DNA from: a virus
Direction: 5' to 3' (one strand)
IMG/VR virus record: IMGVR_UViG_3300034175_000017
Span: 17,357 to 81,356 of that record
DNA length: 64,000 nucleotides
In this document: positions 44,499 to 52,927 of the stretch, piece after piece
Layout of the letters: each line of letters begins with the position of its first letter
Position numbering within the stretch: position 1 is the first letter of the stretch
Position numbers and translations under genes: made by a program
Notes under the pieces: generated by a model
Databases searched by the model: none
Seen by the model: only the letters and a program-made list of their open reading frames with translations
What the model was told of the DNA's origin: nothing

Positions 44499-46352
44499 CT
44501 AAGTAAGAGCTGCCTTGGCGGCAGTGATCTTGTCGGTCAATCCCTTGACCTGAGCATCGCGGGTTGCAACCAGCGCCTCAAGCTCCTTGATGCGAGCATC
44601 GCGGGGATCAGTCGTTGGCGGCGGCGGTGTCACAGGTGGTGGTGGAGCCGTGTCAGCGGCCAACGTGACCGAGTTCCAAGAGTCCACCCATCCGCTGTCA
44701 CCCTCGGCATCGAAGGCAGTAACGCGGCCCTTGATGGGCTTGCCAAGATGCTCCGCTGGGATGGTCAGCCGTGGTGTATCGCCCGATGCCAACGTGACGC
44801 CGTTGCTGCGTGCCTCATAAAAGCGACGAACAATCGGCTGGCCGTTCCAATCGGCACCTTCGATGGTCACGTCCTTCGTGCCAGCGACGACGCTGATGTA
44901 GGTCTGCGCCTTAGCAGTAGGAACGGTGTTGGTCGTTGGAGCAACAGGCGGCGGGGCTGGTGGGAGCGGTTCGCCTGCCATATCGGTGATCCAGTTGGAA
45001 ATGGTTGTGGTCGAAGTGACCAGCCCGCCCGTCAGGTTCCCAATGATGATGTCAGACTGCTCTTGATTGCCCGCAACCCACGACGACTGATCGTTGGTCT
45101 CGGCTACGTTGTCCAGCTTGATCGGACGCTCCACCGTGAAGGTGAAGTTACCAGCCTGCGTGATACGCACGGTGCCAGAGTTTTCGTTGGCCGGAACATA
45201 TACGATGCCGGTCTTGGCAGCGAACATATCCGCAACAGACTTGGTGAAGTCCGCAGCGTTCACCGTGTTCTGATAGGTGATGGTGAACGACTGATCGACC
45301 TTGCCGTTGGCGACCTCAAACGTCAGCCCTTGGTTCTGTCCCTCGTTCAGCGTGTCGCTTCCGACGCGGCGAACAGTAAGACGGGACTCGACAGGGGTAG
45401 GCGCAATCACAACAGGCGTTCCGGGGACAGCCGTGAAGTAATTCTTGAGCAGACCGAAGGCAGACGAGTCGGCTGTTCCGGGCTTGGACAGATACAACTC
45501 GTAGTCGGCAGGCCACCAAGCACCAACGGACCATGCAGTGCCGCCGATGGTGTTCGCCACCATGTAATCGAGCATGTTCTTCTCGGCGTCCAGCCAACGT
45601 GCGTCGTTGCTAGGCACACCGAACTCACCGATCATGCCACGGAAGTTGTTGGCCTTGATCCAATCGACAAACTTCTTGAGCTTGTCCACGCCGACCATCG
45701 GGTAAGCGCCCTCGCCGTCATAGCTATACTTGTAGCTGCCGGAGCTATCCCGGTCGAGATACTGGTGAGCCTGATAGACGAGGTTGTTGGCTGGATCGTT
45801 GACGATGAACGTCGGGTCCCAAGAGTGAGCACCGGACCAGTTGTCACCCTCGATATAGATCGTGTGGGTGGTGTCCACTTCGCGGATCGCATTAATCGCA
45901 GCCTGTGCTGCAACCTTCCAAGCCGTTGCCGAGGGCATGTTGTTCGGCTCGTTCATCACGTCGTAGCCCTCAAGGGCCGGATGATTTTTCACTGCTGACG
46001 CCATCTTTCGCCAGAAGTCAGCGAGGTTGGCAGCGGTGGGTCCACCCGTCGAGCCGATAGCGTTGCCGCCGTGGCGTGCGTAGCTGTGGTTGTCGATGAA
46101 CAGGGTCATACCGAGTGTCTGTGCGTCGTTCAGCACGCGGGTCATGAGCGCAAGCTCTGCGGTATTGAGTGGACCGTTCAGAACGTTCTGCATGCGGTCC
46201 CAAATGAACGGCAGGCGGAACCACAGGATGCCCTTGTTCTTGTAGTAGAGCAACTCGTCGTAGGTGGGGTAATGGTATTGCTGATCGTGGATGCCAGCGG
46301 TGCCGCCGAACTCGGCACCGGAAATGTTGGCGGAAATAAGCTGATGAGCCAT
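44499..46352 (-). CDS. Glycoside hydrolase family 5 endoglucanase with Pro linkers, beta-rich domains and C-terminal coiled coil
   Basis: NISGAEFG, RLPFIWDR, DNHSY, MNEP (acid/base), HQYLD, IGEFG (nucleophile). Confidence 0.92.
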   Translation of the reverse strand: MAHQLISANISGAEFGGTAGIHDQQYHYPTYDELLYYKNKGILWFRLPFIWDRMQNVLNGPLNTAELALMTRVLNDAQTLGMTLFIDNHSYARHGGNAIGSTGGPTAANLADFWRKMASAVKNHPALEGYDVMNEPNNMPSATAWKVAAQAAINAIREVDTTHTIYIEGDNWSGAHSWDPTFIVNDPANNLVYQAHQYLDRDSSGSYKYSYDGEGAYPMVGVDKLKKFVDWIKANNFRGMIGEFGVPSNDARWLDAEKNMLDYMVANTIGGTAWSVGAWWPADYELYLSKPGTADSSAFGLLKNYFTAVPGTPVVIAPTPVESRLTVRRVGSDTLNEGQNQGLTFEVANGKVDQSFTITYQNTVNAADFTKSVADMFAAKTGIVYVPANENSGTVRITQAGNFTFTVERPIKLDNVAETNDQSSWVAGNQEQSDIIIGNLTGGLVTSTTTISNWITDMAGEPLPPAPPPVAPTTNTVPTAKAQTYISVVAGTKDVTIEGADWNGQPIVRRFYEARSNGVTLASGDTPRLTIPAEHLGKPIKGRVTAFDAEGDSGWVDSWNSVTLAADTAPPPPVTPPPPTTDPRDARIKELEALVATRDAQVKGLTDKITAAKAALT

Positions 46353-46372
46353 CAAGGTTCTCCATTGTGTGT

Positions 46373-46408
46373 GACGTGTAGGATATAGGGCATCACACCC
46401 TACACGTC
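46373..46408 (-). promoter_or_regulatory. Leader RNA hairpin (15 bp with three G-U pairs), no U-tract
   Basis: gacguguagggugug / uauauccuacacguc pairs fully only on the minus strand. Confidence 0.55.
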
Positions 46409-46420
46409 CAGAAACACAGG

Positions 46421-48106
46421 TTATATTCCGCAGGTTCCGCCGCCGGTCAGGTCACAAACGTCGTGCGTCTGCTCAACATATTCCTGACCGTCATGCTTCA
46501 CTGCTTCCGAGTATGGAACAGGAGTGAGAGGCTGACCGCCACGACTACCATCAGGGTAGCAAGTGAAGCCGCGCAGACGGTGAGCGTAGCGAGCCAAGGT
46601 AGATGCGAACTCATCGACTTTATCCTCGTTGTTCAACTCGCTGCCCCAAGCAGGCAGATTGATGGTGGAACTGATCGCCATGTCAACGTAGTCCTGCACG
46701 TCAGCTTGGAACGCGATGCGGCGCTCGTAGTCTGCGGCGAGGTCAATGGCCGACTCGATCTTCTCCGGGTCAGCACCGTAGAACTGGATCAACTGCTTGG
46801 CAGTTCCGTCCACGACATACTGGTAGTGCCACTCGGTTCCGTTCTTGAGATAACGGCGCATGTAGGAGACAGCAAAGAGGGGTTCGATGCCTGACGTGGT
46901 GCCTGCCACGATAGCCAAAGTGCCTGTAGGAGCAATAGCCCGATTAGCAACAGGCCGAGAGATGCCCAAGCGGTCCGCAAACTCACGCGAAACCGTGTCC
47001 GAGATGTCACGGTATTCTGCGAGCCATTGGTGTAGTTCAGGGACGACTTCATAGCGGTGGCCTCTCTGGATCAACCATTCATGGACGCCCATGAGACCGA
47101 GACCAAGCCGACGATTCTTTTCGCGGACCTGATACACCTTCTCGTAGGGCAGCTTTGCTTTCAGGGTGCCGCACATCAGGAACATGGTGCCGAGCCGAAT
47201 GACTTCGCACAGTTCCTGAATGTTGTCGATGCGGGACAGGTTCAGCGAGCCGAGGTTGCACACGTCGCTGTCGTCTTCCGACGTAACTTCCGTGCAGGCA
47301 TTCCGTAGCGTCTCTTTAGCCTTCGCACCGAAGTTGAAAGCGAAGCCGGGTTCAGCCGTCTTCAACGCCTGCCGCATGTTGGTGCGGAACGTGTGACCAA
47401 CGTCACCAGTGGACTGAAAGTTCTTCAGCCACTCGTCGCCGTAGTTCAGGCTGATGTTGGTCATGTCCAGCGGGGCATGCCAGTTGAAGTCCTTGTTCTT
47501 CAGGTCAGCGACCGTCAGGTCCGTGCCCGGAACAGGCATCGTTGACCAATCCTTGGCGACGAGAAACTTCTCGGCGTCAGGATGTTCAGCGGACAGCGAG
47601 GCGTAGAGAGCGGAGCGACGTGAGCCACCCTGCATTACGTTGCGGCCAATCTCGTTGAGCATCATCATCTTGGGGATAGGACCCGAAGCCAGACCACCAG
47701 TGTCACCAAGAGGCGAGCCTTCGCCACGATACACAGAGTAGTCGGCACCGATGCCACCGCCTGTCATGAGAGCGGACTCGGCCTTCCAAGAAAGGTTGGC
47801 CCAATCTTCGCGGGTATCTTCCTCGGCCTTGAGGAGATAGCAATTGTTGAAGAACTTTTTCGGACGACCTGCATAATACAGGTAGCGGCCACCGGGGATG
47901 AACTTCATGTCAGCAATATACTGTGCCAACTGCGTCATATCTCCGAGGCTCATGTAGGGAGTGCAAACATCAGCGACCAGCGTGTCTGCAAGCTGGTCCC
48001 ACGTCTCCGCGCCTTCGTGCTTATACTTGTAGTTGAAAATATTCTCGCTGAACTCAGAGCGAAACGTTGGAACTGCCGCAGGCGCGGAGGATGTGATTGC
48101 TAACAT
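46421..48106 (-). CDS. nrdJ: Ribonucleotide reductase, probably class II (B12-dependent)
   Basis: PGGR, NNC, GGGIG, NACTE, CNLGSLNL, APTGT, SGIEP, C-terminal Cys pair; no small subunit in the window. Confidence 0.85.
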   Translation of the reverse strand: MLAITSSAPAAVPTFRSEFSENIFNYKYKHEGAETWDQLADTLVADVCTPYMSLGDMTQLAQYIADMKFIPGGRYLYYAGRPKKFFNNCYLLKAEEDTREDWANLSWKAESALMTGGGIGADYSVYRGEGSPLGDTGGLASGPIPKMMMLNEIGRNVMQGGSRRSALYASLSAEHPDAEKFLVAKDWSTMPVPGTDLTVADLKNKDFNWHAPLDMTNISLNYGDEWLKNFQSTGDVGHTFRTNMRQALKTAEPGFAFNFGAKAKETLRNACTEVTSEDDSDVCNLGSLNLSRIDNIQELCEVIRLGTMFLMCGTLKAKLPYEKVYQVREKNRRLGLGLMGVHEWLIQRGHRYEVVPELHQWLAEYRDISDTVSREFADRLGISRPVANRAIAPTGTLAIVAGTTSGIEPLFAVSYMRRYLKNGTEWHYQYVVDGTAKQLIQFYGADPEKIESAIDLAADYERRIAFQADVQDYVDMAISSTINLPAWGSELNNEDKVDEFASTLARYAHRLRGFTCYPDGSRGGQPLTPVPYSEAVKHDGQEYVEQTHDVCDLTGGGTCGI

Positions 48107-48138
48107 GAGGGACTCCTAAGGGGGTCGATCTTGTTAGC

Positions 48139-48372
48139 TCATGCGTAGCGGGGAGGTCCACCCTTTCCGCCACCATTACTAGGTGATGTGGCGGGCTGGT
48201 TGCGGGCCAACCAATTGGTGATCCGATTACGCATCACTTGGCTGGTGGTCGTGCCGAGAAGCTCAACCATATCCTTGCGGGCAACCTTACGCATCAACGC
48301 CTGATCCTTGAAGCGATTGTAGCGGGTCACGATTGCCCAATAGTCCTTGCCCTGCTCACGAAGTTCAAACAT
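48139..48372 (-). CDS. Hypothetical protein
   Basis: RBS AGGAG; fills gap. Confidence 0.6.
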   Translation of the reverse strand: MFELREQGKDYWAIVTRYNRFKDQALMRKVARKDMVELLGTTTSQVMRNRITNWLARNQPATSPSNGGGKGGPPRYA

Positions 48373-48871
48373 TCTTATCTCCTTTAAGCCATTCGTCTAC
48401 AAGCTGACCCGGCGTGCGATTTGCACCGGCTTGCTCCTTTAGTTCATACTCCAAGCACAAGATCAGCAGCTTGGTGAAGTCAATGCCCGACGCCTTAGCG
48501 AACCGATCAATCTGTGCCAGCGTCCAATTGTGCTTGCGGGGCGAGCCGTTTGTTGCCTTAAGCTGGTGCCGCATTGGAATGCCGGTGAGGTGGCCTACCT
48601 CAAGGTGGTGAAGCTCTTTTCGTTTCGCCCAATTATACAGGCGATTACCAATCTGATTGCGGAACTGACGACTCGCTGGTGACAAGCCGAAAGGTGTGCC
48701 TTCATTGGTTGTCTCACTTGGCTTGGCCAGCCCTAGTTTCTTCGCTCGCTTGTTGACGTAATCAGGCTGCAAGCCCTCACGGTCAGCGATCTCTCGGTCA
48801 CTCAAGCCTGCCGCAATATGTTTGGCCAACCGTGCATCGCGTTCCTCCACAAGGATTTTGAAGTTACTCAC
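48365..48871 (-). CDS. HTH DNA-binding protein
   Basis: GLSDREIADREGLQPDYV. Confidence 0.7.
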   Translation of the reverse strand: MSNFKILVEERDARLAKHIAAGLSDREIADREGLQPDYVNKRAKKLGLAKPSETTNEGTPFGLSPASRQFRNQIGNRLYNWAKRKELHHLEVGHLTGIPMRHQLKATNGSPRKHNWTLAQIDRFAKASGIDFTKLLILCLEYELKEQAGANRTPGQLVDEWLKGDKNV

Positions 48872-49322
48872 CGCTAATCTCCCTTCGCACTCGGTCTGCC
48901 TTCTCCATAACAGCGGCGAAGAACTTGGAGAGAGTGAAGCTGTCACTCTCAAGGATATGATCGACCACCTTGTCATCGTCCAGACGGGTGCGGACCTTCT
49001 CAATGGGACCAGCGTCGATCATTTCGACCAGCCTGCGTGTGAAGGACGCCTCGCTGCGGGGTTCGATGCCGCTGCTGACACCTGTCAACGGCTCAACACG
49101 GGCAAACTCTGGCTGCTCGACAGTGAGCAAGGCATTGCGAATGCCATCAGACTGCACAACCATCGAAGCCTTACGGCGTAGCTCGTTGATGTGGTCGCGC
49201 AGTCCATCCTTGTCAGTGGGAACCTCGAAAGGCTCCGGGTTTTTGATGCCCGCTGCTTTCGCTTCGGCCTGTGTGTCAACCAGTTGCAGACCATCGTCTG
49301 TGGGTATCTCGTAGAACTTCAT
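48864..49322 (-). CDS. Hypothetical protein containing an RNR-like SSGIEP segment
   Basis: RBS GAGG; EVPTDKDGL; LTGVSSGIEPRSEASFTRR. Confidence 0.65.
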   Translation of the reverse strand: MKFYEIPTDDGLQLVDTQAEAKAAGIKNPEPFEVPTDKDGLRDHINELRRKASMVVQSDGIRNALLTVEQPEFARVEPLTGVSSGIEPRSEASFTRRLVEMIDAGPIEKVRTRLDDDKVVDHILESDSFTLSKFFAAVMEKADRVRREISGE

Positions 49323-49337
49323 GGGTGGTGATCCTCT

Positions 49338-49619
49338 TTAGAGCGGGCCGACCTTTTTGCCAGCGGTGATACGGGACGTAATCAGAGACAGGACAGATGC
49401 CGCCGTTGCGATAGGAGAACTCCAAACGCGTCCCAAGAATGAGGCCCTTGCGCTTGGCTGCTTTGCAGGCTTTGCAGGGGCAAATGCCGTTAGCCATAGT
49501 GGTCTCCCGGTGATGTGGCACATGTCTTCGATGTCGTCCCACTCATGCTCGTAGTCATACCAAACGATTGCGTCATTTGGGGTGGCTAGATGCCGAGCTT
49601 CTTCAGACGGCCAGCTCAT
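49338..49619 (-). CDS. Hypothetical protein
   Basis: ATGA coupling to the upstream gene. Confidence 0.5.
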   Translation of the reverse strand: MSWPSEEARHLATPNDAIVWYDYEHEWDDIEDMCHITGRPLWLTAFAPAKPAKQPSARASFLGRVWSSPIATAASVLSLITSRITAGKKVGPL

Positions 49620-49894
49620 GCTTCGTCGCTCTCGCTGCGGTTCTGCCGGGTGAAACGATCCGTCGTCCACTCGGACATTCGCCGGGTGTAGGGGATGCGG
49701 CTGTCGTAGTCATACTTGAAGTCGGGACCAGCGATGCGAGTGTATCGTATCTCTGCCTCTTGGTAGCCGGTGCTGTAGGAATAGCCTGTCACCATGTAGT
49801 GCCCGCCATGCTTGTGTAGCCACACGCTGCCGAGAGGGGCGACGAAGCGAGCGAACTCAAGCTCCGCGATAATCAGCTTGGAATCTTTTCTCAT
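49616..49894 (-). CDS. DUF1653-like protein
   Basis: WLHKHGGHYMV ... YTRRMSEW..RF. Confidence 0.6.
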   Translation of the reverse strand: MRKDSKLIIAELEFARFVAPLGSVWLHKHGGHYMVTGYSYSTGYQEAEIRYTRIAGPDFKYDYDSRIPYTRRMSEWTTDRFTRQNRSESDEA

Positions 49895-49910
49895 ATCTCT
49901 CTATACTCCA

Positions 49911-49958
49911 TTTCATTTTCTTCTTATACTAAGTAATAATAGAAAAAGAAGGTTACAA
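49911..49958 (-). promoter_or_regulatory. AT-rich conserved intergenic motif (candidate promoter)
   Basis: TTGTAA-N17-TACTTAGTATAA on the minus strand; resembles 30695-30741. Confidence 0.5.
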
Positions 49959-49967
49959 GGGGACGAC

Positions 49968-51626
49968 TCACTCTTCACTGAAAGTGAGCACTGGTCGGGA
50001 CGGGTCAACAAGATTGGCAAGCTGACTCTTGGCAGTGAGGATGGCATACATCCGGTCCTCAATCGTATCGCGGTAGCGGATGTAGATTACCCGCAGTGTC
50101 GATGTCCGAGTGCCCCGCGATGCACGGCGATATGCTTGCAGAATGTTAGTGTCCATGAAATCGACCGACGCAAAGATGACAACATCAAACATCTCCCAAT
50201 TGAAACCAACAGCAGCAGTTGGACCTGACGCCACGATAACATCAAGCAAGCCTGCTTGGGCCAACTCATCGACACGCTCACGCGCCTTGCCGGTAACATC
50301 ACTGTTGACCAGCCCAACACGCAGACCCATGTCTTCTGCAACACGAACCAAACGTTCCTGCTCCGGTTTAAGTGACGCAAAGATTAACGTCTTCTTGCCT
50401 TCGGACAAGTGTATCTGAACACGCTCGTCTTTCGGCGTCCACTGCGGGATGTTGTTGAACATCGTTTCAGGGTGGGCAAGTATTTGTCTGGCCCGTATCT
50501 GTGCAACGCCAGCCATTTGACCGTCGAGCACACGTCCATCTTCTAGCTCAAGCATCGCCTGTTCGTGGAACTCAGCGTAGAACGGCTCGACTTCCTCACC
50601 TATATCAACATACTCGGTGAAGAATACAACGTCCTCTTTGCCATAGACTTCCTCGAACGTGCGCTGGATGGAGTGCTTCTCCAATATCTTACGCAGCCTA
50701 TCCTCGTTCTTCCAGACAATCACACGGCCATAGTCGTCAGTCACCGCAGCATGCTCAAGCATGAAGCCATTCAAGTCACCGTAGTAGCGTGGCTCAATGA
50801 CGTGCAGCGACGGGAACGCGCTGTCCAGCCTGCCGTTGATAAGCGTGCCGGTCATGCCGACGAAGCGGCTGACGTGCTTGTTGATCCAGAAGAAACTTTC
50901 GGTCGTCTTAGTTTCCGGCGTGCTATACCCGCCGGGCATGTGAAGCTCGTCGGATATGAACAGATCAATGTCAGGCGCAGCTTCAAGTAGCCGCTGCCAA
51001 TGGTTGCTGCCGAACTTGAACGTGGTGATGAACACCTTGGCGTTCGCATTCTGCTTGATAAGGTCCTTGAACGTTTGGATTTCGTCCAGCTTGATGACCT
51101 TCGGCGTCACGCCGTCAGGTCCGAACACCGGTTCAACCACAATGGTCTGGCCGTTCTTGGAGGGCTTATTGAGAGGCGTCTCAACAAACTTGAATGATGG
51201 ACCAACGTCCAGAATGTCAGCCACGATAGTCATGTAGACGAAGTTGACAGGCTGACCGATAGTCTCGCGGATAGCGATGGTGTCAGTGCGCTGGCCGTTA
51301 TAGTTAACGACGAAGCCACGCTTCTTGCGGACAGCATTAATTGTCGGGCCAGTATAGTCCTTGGTCATGTTGGCACGGTCGGTGCGTAGAATTACCACGT
51401 CCTCTGGCTCAAAGTCTGTGAAGCGAAGCATCTCTTTCAAGTTCTTCTTGAGCAGAGACTTAGGCATCGTCCACAGAGTTTTCTTTTGATTCTTGAGCCA
51501 GTGCCAGTAACTATACACACAGACAGGCGGCGTCTTGCCTGTGCCGGGGTGTGAAGTGTCGAGACACTTGGGGTTTGCGATATAAAAGGCAAGCTGATCC
51601 ACTTGCTTCTGTCGAAGAGTTGGCAT
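49968..51626 (-). CDS. SF2 (SNF2-like) helicase
   Basis: PGTGKT, DELH, TGT, VGFNW, QAYRRASR. Confidence 0.88.
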   Translation of the reverse strand: MPTLRQKQVDQLAFYIANPKCLDTSHPGTGKTPPVCVYSYWHWLKNQKKTLWTMPKSLLKKNLKEMLRFTDFEPEDVVILRTDRANMTKDYTGPTINAVRKKRGFVVNYNGQRTDTIAIRETIGQPVNFVYMTIVADILDVGPSFKFVETPLNKPSKNGQTIVVEPVFGPDGVTPKVIKLDEIQTFKDLIKQNANAKVFITTFKFGSNHWQRLLEAAPDIDLFISDELHMPGGYSTPETKTTESFFWINKHVSRFVGMTGTLINGRLDSAFPSLHVIEPRYYGDLNGFMLEHAAVTDDYGRVIVWKNEDRLRKILEKHSIQRTFEEVYGKEDVVFFTEYVDIGEEVEPFYAEFHEQAMLELEDGRVLDGQMAGVAQIRARQILAHPETMFNNIPQWTPKDERVQIHLSEGKKTLIFASLKPEQERLVRVAEDMGLRVGLVNSDVTGKARERVDELAQAGLLDVIVASGPTAAVGFNWEMFDVVIFASVDFMDTNILQAYRRASRGTRTSTLRVIYIRYRDTIEDRMYAILTAKSQLANLVDPSRPVLTFSEE

Positions 51627-51644
51627 TGTCTACCTTTCATGAAC

Positions 51645-51674
51645 AAAAAGAGGGGGACCACTTGGCCCCCCTCT
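51645..51674 (-). terminator. Intrinsic terminator
   Basis: gaggggg.cca stem plus T-tract on the minus strand. Confidence 0.7.
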
Positions 51675-51699
51675 CGTATCAATTAACCGCCGCCACTCA

Positions 51700-51960
51700 T
51701 TAGTCACGGGGGGCGAAACGTGTAACCTTCGCATCCTTGGGCGCATCGCTGCGGTCAAGGCCATCGAACTCGATGAAAGCGTAATGGTTACGCTTGGCGT
51801 TGTCGTCGTCCAGTGTGACACCCTCACCGAGGGTGGCGAGAAAGACGCGACCGTCTTCCATCTGCAAGGTCACGTCCGTCGAACGAACGTCAGCGACCTT
51901 GAAGCGGTTCTCGGGAGCCTTTGCAGGCGGGCGAACGTCAGTCTTTGGGGCATCAGCCAT
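51700..51960 (-). CDS. Hypothetical protein, stand-alone transcription unit
   Basis: RBS AGGAG, own promoter and terminator. Confidence 0.7.
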   Translation of the reverse strand: MADAPKTDVRPPAKAPENRFKVADVRSTDVTLQMEDGRVFLATLGEGVTLDDDNAKRNHYAFIEFDGLDRSDAPKDAKVTRFAPRD

Positions 51961-51982
51961 TTGTTTTTCTCCTGAACGAGTG

Positions 51983-52011
51983 AATATACGGGCAAGGCGT
52001 AGCATTTACAA
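51983..52011 (-). promoter_or_regulatory. Sigma70-like promoter
   Basis: TTGTAA-N17-TATATT. Confidence 0.65.
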
Positions 52012-52015
52012 GCGC

Positions 52016-52423
52016 CTAGCCGATAAAGTTTTTCCCCTCAACCCCATACGAGTGCTTGATTGAGGCCGGTTGCACCTCGTCGGCAGAGAAAGCAACGTGC
52101 CCCCCGGTATCGTCCATCGCAACAACGATCACTCGACCGTTGTTTTCAATTGAACGCACCATGCCCTTGCGGTTCATCGCTCGCACCGCTTGGCCTACAG
52201 TAAACGTGTCGGCCTGTTTAGGCTGCGGCATCTTGGCCACCAATCGTTCCAAGTCTTTGATGCGAGCGTTCTGCTGCCGCGCCTCAAGCCCAAGACGCTT
52301 GGCAAACATGAGCAGCGCGTCCTTCAACGGCTGTAGCTTACGCACAGGGAACAGTGCGATCAGCAAGAACAGTAGAAGAATGGCGATGCTCTGAAGTAAA
52401 TCAACTACGGTCATAAGATACAT
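52016..52423 (-). CDS. Membrane-anchored protein with SH3/KOW-like C-terminus
   Basis: N-terminal TM, coiled coil, FTVGQAV..GMV. Confidence 0.6.
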   Translation of the reverse strand: MYLMTVVDLLQSIAILLLFLLIALFPVRKLQPLKDALLMFAKRLGLEARQQNARIKDLERLVAKMPQPKQADTFTVGQAVRAMNRKGMVRSIENNGRVIVVAMDDTGGHVAFSADEVQPASIKHSYGVEGKNFIG

Positions 52424-52652
52424 CCTGTGTTGTCCATGAAATAGTTACCGGCGTGCCCTTGTCTACATCTATCTCCATGTTAGACCAGTTACCTCCACCC
52501 GGTGTTGTGAAGGTAACTTGTGCGTTGTCAGGAATAACCGGGCCGTTTGTTTCGGACAGCCTAGTATTCAGAATGTCAATGATGTCAGCACCCGTCAGCA
52601 ATACTTTGTTGCGGGTAGTGACTTCCTTTTGGGTTACGACTTCGACGTTCAT
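52401..52652 (-). CDS. Hypothetical protein
   Basis: Coupled ORF; PGGGNWSN motif. Confidence 0.6.
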   Translation of the reverse strand: MNVEVVTQKEVTTRNKVLLTGADIIDILNTRLSETNGPVIPDNAQVTFTTPGGGNWSNMEIDVDKGTPVTISWTTQDVSYDRS

Positions 52653-52927
52653 AAAACCTCCGTCAGAATGCGAAAGAACTGCACTGTGTGAGCATCAACT
52701 GTCACAGCAACGGGTTTGCCCTTCAACTGTGACACGTTCTCGACCTTGGCATAGGTGAGGTAGCCTTTGATTGCTAACTCTTCCCCGATGAAGAGGCCGC
52801 TGGCCTCTCCCTCAAAGGACAAGTCAACCTTCAATCCAAGTTTAGTGTCGGGGCCACCACCCCCGTAACCATATTCGGCAGAGGTGATCTTGCCGAGGCG
52901 TTCGTTAGGCTTGAGCATGATGTGCAA
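52649..52927 (-). CDS. Hypothetical protein
   Basis: GKITSAEYGYGG, LKGKPV; coupled ORF. Confidence 0.6.
   Translation of the reverse strand: MHIMLKPNERLGKITSAEYGYGGGGPDTKLGLKVDLSFEGEASGLFIGEELAIKGYLTYAKVENVSQLKGKPVAVTVDAHTVQFFRILTEVL

Noticed and set aside
28902-44506. Extra TACTNAGTA palindromes at about 28906 and 44498
   Set aside because: They coincide with stop-codon regions and lack the flanking T/A tracts; probably chance, although ctattactcagtat matches the 30713 site at 13 of 14 positions.
44493-45998. 501-aa plus-strand ORF
   Set aside because: Antisense shadow of the GH5 gene.
46879-49070. GGTTCGA motifs suggesting tRNA T-loops or att sites
   Set aside because: Both lie in coding sequence (GIEP codons on the minus strand) with no cloverleaf; no integrase in the window.
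36145-51626. Inteins or introns in polymerase, RNR or helicase
   Set aside because: ORFs are continuous; no C/S...HN splice termini or homing endonuclease motifs seen.
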